This document shows positions 23,262-36,069 of a DNA stretch of 64,000 nucleotides, piece by piece. Source of the DNA: Azolla caroliniana (Eukaryota > Plantae > Polypodiophyta). Both the position numbers and the translations under genes were made by a program. The notes below the pieces were generated by a model. It saw nothing but the letters and a program-made list of their open reading frames with translations. It searched no databases and was not told the origin of the DNA. The stretch lies in contig JBHGNT010000014.1 of NCBI GenBank assembly GCA_043228905.1, forward strand, positions 1,860,001 through 1,924,000. The letters run 5' to 3'. Every line of letters starts with the position of its first letter. The stretch's first letter is position 1.

Positions 23262-24257
23262 AGTTTAGTACAATAACTAATTAGCTAGGGTTTAGCTAAT
23301 TAGCTACTACCATAGTTTAGTACAGTAACTAATTAGCTAAGTGGTAGCTAATTAGCTACTACCATACTTTAGTTGAGTAGCTAATTAGCTAAGTGGTAGC
23401 TAATTAGCTACTACCATACTTTAGCTGAGTAGCTAATTAGCTACTACCATAGTTTAGTACAATAGCTAAATAGGTAAGTGGTAGCTAATTAGACACTACC
23501 ATACTTTAGTTATAGTGGCTAATTAGCTACTACCATCCTTTAGCTGAGTCGCTAATTAGCTAATTGGTAGCTAATTAGCTACAACCATACTTCAGCTAAG
23601 TAGCTAATTAGCTACCAATTAGCTAATTAGCTACTACCATACTTTAGTTATAGTGGCTAATTAGCTACTATCATACTTCAGCTAAGTAGCTAATTAGCCA
23701 AGTGGTAGCTAATTAGCTACTACTATACTTTAGCTGAGTCGCTAATTAGCTACTACCATACTTCAGTTGAGTAGGTAATTAGCTAAGTGGTAGCTAATTA
23801 GCTACTACCATACTTTAGCTGAGTAGATAATTAGCTAAGTGGTAGCTTATTAGCTACTACCATAGTTTAATACAATAGCTAATTACCTAAATGGTACCTT
23901 ATTAACTACTACGATAATTTAGTACAATAGCTAATTAGCTACGCCCATAGTTTAGTACAATAGCTATTCCAGTAGGGGATTAGCAATTCTAGTAGATAAT
24001 TAGCTATAGTCATAAGCAGCTAATTAGCTATTGTTATAGGCAGCTAATTAGCTATGGTGGTAGCTAAATAGCTATGAATGGTAGCTAATTAGTTATTCTA
24101 GTTGCTAAATAATTATGTTCGATATACTTAGGGAGCTAATTAACTATTTTGGTAGCTAATTAGCTATTACTGGTAGATAGTTAGCTATGGTCATATTCTG
24201 AGGTAGGTAATTAGCTATTCGGGTATGGTCATATTCAGAGGTAGCTAATAAGCTAAC
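23262..24257. repeat. TAGCTAATTAGCTA-based minisatellite, right part (about 1 kb)
   Basis: Dozens of exact or near-exact copies of the 14-bp palindrome in 35-52-bp units, degenerating toward 24257. Confidence 0.93.
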
Positions 24258-25204
24258 TAACTAAGATCAAAAGTCAAAACAAATTTTGCGATAAATGTAA
24301 ATACTTGAGGTACATCAAGAAGATGAATGGGATGCTCCTCGTATTGACTCCTTCCAACACGTTTCCTACATAAATCCTTCTTATTGGGTGAAACCCTACT
24401 CTCATTAGTCCAAAATATTGTGATTATATCCTTGATTTCTGATGTTATGGGTGTCATTGGCTTACATCTTGTTGTTAGCTTTAGAAGACTAGTTCCTTCA
24501 CTCGAGGAAACTATCCGGTTCAATGTATTGTACACACTTTTTCTACTAACACCAATTACCTTAGATAACACACTGATGTTAATATCGTCAACATCACTAT
24601 TAAGTAACATCATTAGACTAGACCTTTTTAAGACAAGATCATCTTCTGACCTGCTCATGGATACGAAACTATTACGGAGATTATTTACTAGTACAGATGT
24701 TATGTTTGCATTAAGACCATCACAATCAACTAACTCCTTTATCGATGGATCATTTAATATTCCATAAAGTACTATGTTATTGTCTTCATTGCTAATGTGC
24801 TTGGTTTGAACATTGAAATAGTTTACAACCTTTCTCTCTATGATAGTAGTCTCATTACTTCCATTCTCAGTGATATTTAGACCTATATCCCAAACAATAC
24901 TATCTTTACCTTTAGTGAGGCGAGTGTGGCTTTCCTATCCTTCAACAATTGACGATATTTTTTTTTTTTTTTTGCCCAATACTTTCGTATCGCTTGTTGT
25001 GTCCTGATAGCGTCATCCCTATCCTGATGATCATTGAGGGGTAATTCTAAACACCCTCCTTCCCCTTCCATTTGGCTTGACGGGTTTAAACCCTAATTTT
25101 CCCGAAAAAAAAGACACGTATTAAAGATGGTTATGGGCAACAACAATACACAAGATTATACACAACAATACACAAGATAATCAATAGATAGAATAGTTAT
25201 TCAA

Positions 25205-26135
25205 ATCCAAGACCGAACAATGGCGGTAATCCAGGGCCGAATACTGGTGGCAACTGAGTGTAGAATGGCGGCAGTGGAGTGAACTCTGTTTGATCGAATA
25301 GTTTTGACAATCCAGGACCGAACAATGGCAGCAACTGAGTGTAGAATGATGGCAATGGAGGAGTGAATTCCGTTAGATGGAACAGTGGCAAATGATGACT
25401 GGAACGCACAATGACGACAACTGAGAGTAGAATGGCAGTAATGGAGAAGGAGTGAACTCCTTCGGATCGAAAAGTGGCAGCAATACACCACCGAATAGTA
25501 GCGGCAACTAAGTGTAGAATGATGGAAATGGATGAGTGAACTCTGTCAAATCGAAAAGTGGCAGCAATCCAGGACCGAACAGTAGCGGCAACTAAGTGTA
25601 GAATGATGGCAATGGAGGAGTGAACTCCGTCAGATCGAACATCGATAGATGATGCTTGGAACGCACAGTGACAACAATTGGAAGTACAATGGCGATAGTG
25701 GAGAACGAGTGAACTCCCTCAGATTGAAAAGTGGCAGCAATACATGACTGAACAGTAGCGGCAACTAAGTGTAGAATGATGGCAATGGATGAGTGAACTC
25801 CGTCAAATCGAAAAGTGGCAACAATCCAGGACCGGTCACCGAATAGTAGCGACAACTGAGTGTAGAATGATGGAAATGGAGGAGTGAACTCCGTCAGATC
25901 GAACAGTGGTAGATGATGCTTGGAACACACAGTGATGGCAACTGAGAGTAGAATGGCGGCAGTGGAGGAGTTAACTCCGTCGGATCGAAAAGTGGTAGCA
26001 ATATACAACCTTCACTGTGTGCAGAATGGCGGCAATGGAGGAGTGAACTTCGTAGGATCGAACGGTGGCAGATAATACTTGGACCACACAGTGCCAACAT
26101 CCTGAGTGTAGATTGACGGCAATGGAGGAGTGGAC
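25205..26135. repeat. Tandem array of about 80-bp units upstream of the Sola2 transposase
   Basis: Roughly 11-12 copies of GCAACTGAGTGTAGAATGATGGCAATGGAGGAGTGAACTCCGTCAGATCGAA. Confidence 0.88.
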
Positions 26136-29100
26136 TCAATAGGGTTTAGCAATAATGGTAGTAATCTAAGCCAGAATACTCAACAAAAGATGGCCCACGT
26201 GATGTGGCAAAGGATCATGCATAATGGACCTAGGAATTCGGTATATAATTTATGGTGCACATATCAATTTATGTTGCACATTTATATAATTAAAACTTTC
26301 TACTATTTTCAATGGTAGCTTTTTGCATGGGTAGTTTATCAATGGTAGCTCTTTGCAAAAATGACTATTTATCAATGATAGCTTTTTGCATAGCTAATTA
26401 GCTATGTCAAGGACATAACTAATTGTTTCCACTCGCATGCTTTCAGCCATAACGCCTTCTTCAATCGGCAGACTACCAAAGTGTTCTGTTTGGATAGAAA
26501 TCCGGGGGGCTCTACCATGTACACCTGTTCCTCAAGATCACCTTGCAAGATCACATTCTTTACATCCATCTAATGTAGATGCCACCCCTTCGCCGTAACT
26601 ACAGCTAGCAGAACTTGCACAGTAGTCATCTTCGCGACTAGGGCGAAGGTCTCGTCATAATCTATGTCGTGCTTCTGCGCGTAGCCTTTTACAACCAAAT
26701 GGGCCTTATATCGATTGACGGAGCCATCGGTGTTGTATTTCACCTTATACACCCATCTACATCCGATCAGCTTTACACCTTTCGGTACGTCAACTAGGTC
26801 CCAAGTCTCATTGTTTGTTAAAGCATGCATTTCTTCCTCCATCGTGGCACGCCAATTTGCGTCTTTCGCCGCTTCTGTGTAGCTCTCCAGCTCACGCACT
26901 TCCACCACTCGTGTCATGTACGCGTAATGGTGTGCCATGTAGTCATTGTACCCGTACCTTTTTATGGGGTTCGTCAGGCGGGTAAATCGATGTACTTCGT
27001 GATTACCCGATTTCACGGCCTTTTCGACCAGTTCGACTTCTTCCGTGGAGGTTCTTTTTCGATTGGCCCGAAATCAGACTTGCTCCAATCTGACTCGGCA
27101 TTGTTGAAATCGTATTCCTACATTTTGTTCTTCCCTTTTTCTTTACGTATAAACCGTCTTCTCGGTTCTTTATGCGGGGACAACACGGTTGAGTCTCCAC
27201 TACTCGCCGACTCTTCATTTGGTTGGCCATCTCAGCCCAACCTCTCATTCCACCCACTCAGCCGTAATGAGATTAGACTCTTTGTCAGAGCTCCGATTTC
27301 CTCATCACGAGGAGGCAGCTCGGCCTCGCTAAGCTCTTCCTCAGAATTCGGAATGAAGTCATGAGGTATTGGAGGTGAAGGCAAATACCTCGAAGCGGAC
27401 TCGTTGAACATGACATCTCAGCTGAGGCGGACTTCCTTCGTTCGGGGGTTATAGCACTTATACCCCTTTTGTTTGTCTGAATAGCCAACTAAGATGCACT
27501 TTTCGGCTTTGGTGTCTAGCTTCCTCCCTTTCTCCTTCGGCACATGCACATACGTAATGTTGCCGAAAATCCTCAAGTGTGCCAAGTTCAGCTTCTTGCC
27601 ATAATACAACTCATGTTGCGACACTCCTCCATTAGCAGAGGTCCGATTTTGTAAGTAAACCTTTGTCCTTACGGCTTCATCCCAGTAAAACTTTGGCATA
27701 AGCTTCACTTCAAGCATTGCCTTGGCGGCTTCTTTGATTGTCCAATTCTTCCACTCGGCTATGTCGTTCTGCTCCGGCATATATCTATACCAGAATTCAC
27801 GTCGAATTCCCTTCTTCTATAGATAACTCGTGAATTGGTTGGAGAAGTACTCCTTCCCGCCATCGGACCGTAGGCACTTGATCTTACGTCCAGTTTCCCT
27901 TTCTGCAAGGCTCTTCACCTTTAGGAACCATGTGAAGACTTCGCTCTTTTTCGCAATCAAGCACGCCTAGCTATGCTGAATGAAGTCATCCATGAAGGTT
28001 ACAAAGTAATGGTCCCCACCCATCCGAATGGATCAAATCCAACGGATTTCGACTACGATTACGTTCATTGGGGAATGGAAGTTGGTGTTGCTTCCCGAGT
28101 TGGCAGGCTTTGCAGACTTGGCCATTACGGCCCCGAAATTTCGGCAATCCGAAAACAATGTTCTTCGTCTGCATTTCACAAAGCCATGAGAGGTTAACGT
28201 GACTGAACCGGTTGTGCCACAGGTCAATATCTTATTCGACCTTCTAACCTTTCGCGAACAGCACGGTTCCGGCTTTATTGGTGTCGAGGATGAACATCCT
28301 CCTTTCACGGCGCCCTTGCGCGATAACTTGGCCTTCCTCTTTGATGTAGCACCCGAGGTGTGTGAATCGAACTTGCATCCCCTGGTCGACAATCTGACCG
28401 ACCGACAGCAGGTTCTTCGTTATTGTCGGGACGTGCAACACATTCATGAGTTTCCCCTTCTACCCGACGTGGCTGAGGGGAACTTCTTTGATATGTTAGA
28501 TGGTATGCGGAGTGTCGTCTCCCGTTTCGACCACTCCTTGTTTTTCCGGTTTCTCCAAGTATGAGAACCATTCGTCATGACTCGTCATATGATTTGACGC
28601 TTCGGAATCAACATACCACACCTCGCTCGATTTCGAGATGTTTACGGCCATCGAATTGGGCTTGTGCTTCATTACAAAGGCTAGGCCCGATTCATTTATG
28701 GCTTGTTCAGAGCCTTCGGCGTAGTGCGATTTCTGACGCCTTCCTGCGTCTCTTCCGCTCGATTCGGCTTTGTCCGAATCGGCTCTCTTCTTCTAGCACT
28801 CGCTCTCCCTGTCACCTTTCTTGCCATAATACTAGCATTCCATCGCGGCCTTCTCTTGCAGCCTTCTCTTGCTGGCTTCCGGCACCGTTGTGACTCCCAC
28901 TATTTCCAGAGGGTTTAGAATTGCTTCCGGCATTTCGATTATGCTGCACGTTCTGCTCTTTTTAGCTGCCTCCATTGCGCCCCAATCCGCCTCGTCCGCC
29001 ACGACCATGGGGCCTATCTTCCTCCGTGTACATCATCTTGTTGTTGATGTGCGTACTCGTCGACGCACCCGTGTGATTTTCCTCTACGAGCAACATCAAC

Positions 29101-29637
29101 TAAAGCTCGAAGAACAAAGGCATAATCTCCCTTGTGCAAACCGCCATTTGGAATGCTCTGAACTTTGATGTTAACCCACCAAGACAAACCTGCACCATTT
29201 TGTCGTCGTCCTCCTTGACGTTCACGTTGACGGAGGCGAGAGACTCGCAGATCTCCTTGATTCAGGCCATGTAATCGGCCACAGACAGATGTTTCTGTCA
29301 GACATTGCTGAGCTCCTGCCTGAGTTGCAGCTTCCTGGTCGTTGTGCTAGCGGCGAAAATCCTCTTGACATTCGTCCACGCGTCCTTTGGCATCTTAGCA
29401 TCCCGAATATAGATCAAGATCTGGTCGTTCACATAGGATGCAAAGTAGTAAAGAACTCTGCTTGCCGCTTGTTCCCAAGCCGAAAAGTCTCTGTGTGTCG
29501 ATTCGGGTGCTGCATCATTAGCTCCATTGACATAACTCCAATAACCATGACCAAGTAGGTATTGGTGCATCTTGTACAACCAAGATGCGTAGTTGCTCCT
29601 ATCGAGCTTCTCAGTTGGTAGCGAGCTTCCGATTCCT

Positions 29638-32600
29638 TGTTGACATATTTCGGTAGTGATGTGTGAACACACTTAGGATATTGATGTGTGTGAACACATT
29701 TAGGACAGTAATGTATGAACACACTTAGGACAGTGATGTAAGTGAACACACTTAGGACTACAGGGGCATTTTTTCCCTCTTTAGGAGGTTTTTTTCCCCT
29801 AGTCCGTAAAAACTCTTACAACCCTAAAGTGGTGAAGCTTTTTGGGATTTAAAGCAAGAACCTAATAGTGGTATCAGAGCCAAAAAGTGACATTTGAGTA
29901 GCAAAGCAACGACTCTCATACATAGTCCGACTGTGCCATCTATGGTGGCATTTTTCTAATGTTGAAAAAACCAATTTCTGTGTTTTTTCTTCCTCTGCGC
30001 AGTTTCAGTTGTGTTTTTTTTTCTGCTTCCAAGTCGATTCAATCCTAGAAAAACCTCCTTGAGTCTTTCAAGACATTCCTATAACCCTCAGAAATCATAT
30101 TTGCTTCCCTTTTCTCTTCACTTGTTCATCTTTCAAGTCAAAGAGGTACGTTATTCCCTTTAGCAATCCATTTTTTACATCAAAATGTGTTCACTCCACA
30201 ACCATGGCTGAGAGCAATGATGTATTTCAGATGCTTGCTGTTGAGGATAAATTGGATGGAACAAATTACCCTCTTTGGGCTTATATGATGCGCCATGTAA
30301 GTAGCAAAGGGGTTGTGGAATGTGGTTCAAGGGGCTGAAAAACGTCCTGTTGTTGAGAACACAAATGTTGATGGATGGCACTGATTCTGTCGACGATGTT
30401 GATCATCTTGCTCATACCCATGCTACAGTTTCTGTTGTACCAACTGCAGAACAACTTCGTTGGGATGGCAGACATGCTCAGGCACATGCTTTGATAGCTT
30501 TCTTTGTGAAACGTGCCATTATTCCCCATATTCGCTCTGGCAAGATAGCAAAGGATGCTTGGGATACTCTTACCACTTTGTACCAAGCAAGAAATGAGTC
30601 TTGTGTTGCTTATCTCTGGAAACAATTGGAGAGAGAGCACATGAATGAAGGTGATTCTATGGACAATTTTCTTACAAAAATCAAATATTTAAAGGAACAA
30701 TTAATTTCTACTAATGAAATGATACTAGATAGTTCACTTGTGCAGAACGTTCTAAATGGTCTTCCTAATTCATATCAGAGTTTTGCTTCTACTCTTTGTT
30801 TAATGATGAAAGGTAATCCCAATGCCTTATCATTCGAGGAGCTAGTCTCTGTTTTGTTACAGGAAGACCAGTCTAGGCAAAATAGGTCATTTATGCGTGT
30901 TGCAGATCAAGCTTTCCTGGCTAGTCCGAAGGGCAAAGGTAAATGGAACTCTTCTGCTAGCAAGCAAAGATTTGCTAATAATTCACAAGTGTGAAAGAAA
31001 ACAAGAGCAGAAAATAGAAATTGTTTTGCAAATATTGTAACGGAATTGATCATATTATGAAGAACTGTCCAAATTTGGCTGCAAAAGAGGCAAAGAAAAA
31101 GGAGGCAGGACTCGTTGTTGCAGAAGTCTTTGCACCAAAAACAGAGTCTGCAAATGTGGTGTAGAATGAAGAATGGGCACTTACTACTATCTACAGTTTT
31201 GACCCATCTTCACTTAAACAATGTATGTCTATTGTACAATTAGATGTTTGGTATTTCAACAGTGAGGCAACTAAACATATTACCTCGCAGTGCAATTTCT
31301 TCATTTCATTGGAGCCTGCCCCTACAGGGAATACTGTCACATGCACCAACAACTCATCTTATCCAGTTATGGGTGTTGGTAAGATCATTTTGACTATTGT
31401 TGATGGTAGTCCTTTCATCTTGTTAGATGCTTTGTTTGTGCCAGGGATCAAGAAAAATCTGTTGTCAGTTTCAACATTAGCGAAGGTTGGCTTGGTGTGT
31501 TAAATTTGTTGACGACAGGTGTACAGTTCATGATTTTTCCAATGGGGATGTTATTATTGCTTCTAGCATTTTATGTCGTGGGCTATATAAGCTCGTAGAT
31601 TATGAACGATCTATAAATGATTCAGCCTGTGCAATATAGGATTCTCAGGCTATTTCAGATGCAAAGATTTGGCATGCACGCTTTGGTCATCTGAATTTTG
31701 CAAGTTTGCTTCGTTTGCAAAAATATGAAATGGTGTCCTCCTTGCCCAAACTTGATGCACCTCAGAAGCATGTTTGTGAAGGCTGCATTTTGGGCAAAAT
31801 GCACCATTCATCCTTTCCAAAAGATGGTTTAGTTCGAGCTATGCATAAATTGCAGCTTGTTCATAGCGATGTCTATGGTCCTATACAGACACATTCTCTT
31901 GGGAACTATCTTTATTTTGTGACTTTCATTGATGACTTTTCTAGGGATGTATGGGTATATCCATTGAAGGCAAAGTCCGAAGTATATCTATGCTTCAAAC
32001 AATTTCTAGCTTTGGCAGAGAATTTGTCATGTAAAATGGGCACCCTTCATTCTGATCGAAGGGGGGGAGTATATGTCTTCTGAGTTTAAAGCATTTCTGG
32101 CAAAACATGGGATAAAACATCAATGTATAGTGCCGTATACACCTCAACAAAATGGAGTTGGTGAAAGAAAGAACAGATCACTCATGGAAATGGCGAGGTG
32201 TATGATCAAAAGTCAGGCCTTACCATAGCTTGAGGCTGTCATGTGTGCAACATATGTACTTAACAGGTGTCCCACTAAAGCACTGCACTCTATCACTCCA
32301 TATGAAGCTTGGCATGGCCAAAAGCCATTTGTTGCTCTTCTACGTGTTTTTGGTTGTTTGGCATATGCATTAGTGCGTAAACAACAATGCAAAATATTGG
32401 ATGATAAAGCAGTGAAAAGCATTTTTGTAGGATATAGTTCTGAAAGTAAAGGCTATCGTCTGTATCATCCACAATCTAAACGCATTTTGGTTAGTCGTGA
32501 TGTTGTTTTTGTGGAGGATGCAATTCAACCACTTCTTTCATGTACGAAGGAGACATCAGTTAGCTCCAAAGATGTGTATGACACTTTGTTGCCTCTATTT

Positions 32601-35525
32601 ACAAGTGGACAATTAAGTGTTGACCCACTTGAGGCACCTTTGCAGCCTTTGAAAGCTACTCATAATGATTCAGATCATTCCATTTCTGATGCAAATCATT
32701 CTATTTCTGATGCAGACTTACATGATGCACTTATTAATGAGAGGATTGATATAGAGGAGGCAAAGACTGTGCCTCAATGGCTGTGGTAGACTTTGCAAGT
32801 CAGTAAATTGGATTTTCCTTTGTCATATCGTACTCCTTCAAGTTATCATAGTGCTTCTTTTGCATCAGATTGTTATGTTATGGCTGCCTCTAGTCTTTGC
32901 GATGAGAATGAGCTTGTTTCTTTTGATGAAGCACAAAATTTAGAAAATTGGATGGCTGCTATGCAATTAGAATATGATGCTATTATGAAGACTGGTACAA
33001 GGTCTTTATGTGACTTGCCTCCTAGCAAGAAGGCTATTGGCACTAAGTGGGTATATAAGCTAAAGTGTAAACCTGATGGAACAATTGACAGGTATAAGAC
33101 TAGGCTTGTTGCGAAAGGTTATGCCAAAGAAAAAGGCATTGATTTTGATGAGACCTTTGCTCCCACCTGCCATATGACTACTGTTCGTAGCATCTATGCA
33201 ATTGCAGCTCATCGTGGTTGGAATGTACATCAGTTGGACATTAAAACAACATTTCTAAATGGTGATCTTCATGAGCATGGTTGTTTGCATACTCATATTT
33301 AACGTTTAAATACGTATAATACCTCATCATTTGTATAGTACGTACTATACCTCAATGTTGTTCAGTCAAATATCATGTACATTTGTCCAATACAGTATTT
33401 AACATATTTATAAAAAAATAAGTATAATACGTATTTATAAAGAAAATGTAAGTAAAACCCTAACAAAAAGCAAAAGAAAAAAAGATTTTAGTGAAAAAGA
33501 AGCCAAAGGAAGGAAGAAAGACAAATAGAAGAGACGACGATGAAGAAGATGAAGAAGAAGAAGAAGAAGAAGAGAGAAAAGAAGACATAAACCTATCCTG
33601 AATGTCATAATCGCGGTAGATAGAAGAAGAAGAAGAAGAAGAAAACGTAGAAAAGAGAAACCTATCATGAGTGTGATAATCGTAGACGATTCCTCAATCT
33701 ATGAAGGCATAATTGTAAATAATTACAATTTGAAGTAGAACATCATGATACACACTTACACTGATTTATAGAATAAGGGAATGTCGACATCCATATTACT
33801 ACAAGTATTTTAGGATGTGAAATGTTCAAATGTCTTATATGCATTTTAGGATGTAGAACTATATTGTACATCACAAAATTGTGTAAACATAGATGTTTTT
33901 TACAATATTATAGATATTTCTTAGAAAGGTAAATAATTTTCAAATTATAGAAGTATTTAACGTACTATACGTATTTGATAAGTATTTAACATATTAACAA
34001 AATGTATTTAACATATTTTTAAATTGGGAGGTACTATACGGGTATTAATACGTTAAGTACGTATGGTATCCGTACCGTACCTAACGTACCTAACAACCTT
34101 GTTAATGAGGAAGTGTATGTATCCTAGCTCCGTGGTTTTGTGCAAAAAGGGCATGAACACAAAGTGTGTAGGTTGACAAAGGCATATGGCTTCAAGCAAG
34201 CACCACGTTCTTGGTATGAAAAGATACGTGCCAACTGAAAGCACCTTATATGTTAAGCGTGTTGATAATGTATTTCTGATCATGGTTGTGTATGTCGATG
34301 ATATGTTTCTCATTGGTCCCAATGAGAAGCATATTGCTGACTTTAAAGCTTATTTGCATGCCTCTTTTGAGATGTCAGATTTAGGACATTTGCAACATTA
34401 TTTGGGCATTCAATTTATGCAATTTGATGGTGGAATAGCTTTGTGTCAATCGAAATACATTGACACATTATGCAACGTTTTGGCCTTGAAGACTGTAAAC
34501 CTATTTCCACTCCCATGGAGACAGGTTTACGTTTGAGCCCTCATGATGCTGGAGATGCATTTGATGTTGTTCTCTATTATCAGGTAGTTGGATGGTTGAT
34601 TTACTTATGCATAACCCGACTTGATATTTAGTTTGTTGTCTCTGAGATGAGCAGGTTTATGCATTGCCCAGGAGTTAAGCATTGGTAGGTAGTTATGCAC
34701 ATCTTTTGCTACTTGAGTGGTACCCGGTCACTCAGATAGTTTTATCCCAAGGGGGGATCATTACTGCTAGACCTGCATGCTTTTTGTGACTCTGATTGGG
34801 CTGGTTGTTATGACACTCATGTGTCCACAAGTGGTTTTTGCTTCATGCTTGGTAGCTCATGAATATCTTGGTTGAGCAAGAAGCAGCCTACTATGGCCAC
34901 TTCTAGTTGCGAGGCTGAGTATAGAGTAGCTTTCACAGCTACAATTGAGTGTGTGTGGCTCAAAAACCTTTTCGGTGATTTGGGTGTTGGTCAGTCTTCT
35001 GCCACCACCATCTTCATTGAAAGTCAAAGTGCAATGGCAGTTGTGAGGAACCCTTTGTTCCATGCTCGCACCTAGCACATTGAGGTGCATTATCACAATG
35101 TTAGGGAAAGGTTCTCCACCGGAGAGATCAGTTTGGCTTATGTGCCCACGCAAGAGAACATTGCAGACATCTTCACAAAGGCTCTGTCTAGGGAGAAGTT
35201 TGAAGCTTTCCGCAAAGCTTTAGGCCTACTTCCATTGGTGGATTGATATCTATCCACATAGCTTGGCACTTTCTTAGCCATGAATGCTAGTTTCTTGTTC
35301 ACCGCATCACTTCCAATGGGAATTTTTTGACATATTTCGGTAGTGATGTGTGAACACACTTAGGATAGTGATGTGTGTGAACACATTTAGGACAGTAATG
35401 TGTGAACACACTTAGGACTACAGGGGCATTTTTTCCCTCTTTAGGAGGTTTTTCCCCCTGTCCATAAAAACTCTTACAACCCTAAAGTGGTGAAGCTTTT
35501 TGGGATTCAAAGAGGGAACCCAACA
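29638..35525 (+). mobile_element. Ty1/Copia element B, decayed; LTRs 29638-29867 and 35325-35525
   Basis: TSD TTCCT/TTCTT; PBS TGGTATCAGAGCC at 29869; fragmented gag, PR, IN, RT and RH ORFs; about 21-bp tandem repeats in the LTRs. Confidence 0.9.
33276..34101. mobile_element. Non-autonomous hAT-type element (MITE), copy 1
   Basis: TIRs CATGGTTGTT/AACAACCTTG; 8-bp TSD TTCATGAG/TTAATGAG; interrupts Copia B RT at GDLHE|EVY; internal (GAA)n tract. Confidence 0.85.
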
Positions 35526-36069
35526 TTCTTCTGTCCATATTGCTGTCTTATCCTTTCCGAAGACAATAACTTAACTCTTTCTTTATCGCAAGCTTTTATG
35601 TCGGCTGTAGAGAAGTCTCAACCCTCGTGGTCTGATACCATGTAAAAGTATATGTGGGTGGAAGCGTATGCGTAAGAACACAGAGTGCACGGTTCGGAAG
35701 TATGATAGTTCGGTGAAACACAGAAAACACAAAGAAAGAGAGGGAGAGACATAGAGAGAGAGAGTAGAAAATACGAATCTATATTCAAATAATTCTCTGT
35801 ATGTTCTCTGTACATATTTCATGCTCTGTGAGCACCTTTTATACAAGCCCTGACTATCGGGCTGACACAAGTACTGCCAGTACTTGACTGCTCATAAATG
35901 AGCCTTCTACACTAACTCCCAAAACTATTCCATACGAGGAATAACGTTGTAACAGCCTCTTGGTTTAAACACCGCCATGGCCAAATTTTGCGTACGGTTT
36001 TACGCACCTAGCCTATGTACTGGGTTACATACCCGTCTACGCACCCAATGTTGAGCTTGTCTCTCAACA

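Larger units (their letters stand above)
8251..25071 (-). pseudogene. Sola2-type transposase gene, fragmented by stops, frameshifts, a large intron (about 24304-15551) and a Copia insertion
   Basis: Pieces SRVSPNKKD..LDVPQ (24305+), VDLF..FESLKPHFV..TCCCIYH (about 15400-15550), catalytic core 14393-15082 and 14026-14364. The C-terminus FYARLDDY|YYVYRLL..PWNL* rejoins across the Copia TSD and stops at 8251. The 5' start is uncertain. Confidence 0.75.
6864..26434 (-). mobile_element. Sola2-like DNA transposon (about 6.5 kb without its two nested elements)
   Basis: Termini GCGTGGAAACA and TGTTTCCACTC. ATAA is duplicated (6860-6863, 26449-26452) and restores the Copia A frame. Transposase motifs DFAENY..EIQSMHW..QVTI, WSD.AASQ.K and FFGSGHGKGEHD. 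Confidence 0.8.
6176..36069 (-). mobile_element. Ty1/Copia element A, decayed and split into three pieces (6176-6863, 26449-29637, 35526-36069)
   Basis: 5' LTR 35641-36069 with iMet-type PBS (TGGTATCAGA, 35631-35640). Gag MDR|IGSSLPTEKLD rejoins across Copia B. RT KKALYGLKQA rejoins across the Sola2-like insertion. RNase H YTDADWAG lies near 6250. Confidence 0.88.

Noticed and set aside
15720-23265. Alternative 5-bp TSD (TAGTT) for the inner element
   Set aside because: It is formally possible but leaves asymmetric ends. The 4-bp AGTT reading gives symmetric AAC..GTT termini.
23262-24257. Palindromic repeats as a CRISPR array or telomere
   Set aside because: The intervening sequences are themselves repeated, so this is a minisatellite, and it is not TTTAGGG-like.
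25205-26135. Regular repeat array resembling a CRISPR array
   Set aside because: Whole units of about 80 bp are degenerate copies with no unique spacers, there are no cas genes, and the context is eukaryotic TE.
33435-33668. Hydrophobic Leu/Phe-rich ORF (also 63491-63796)
   Set aside because: It is a translation of the (CTT)n tract in the MITE.
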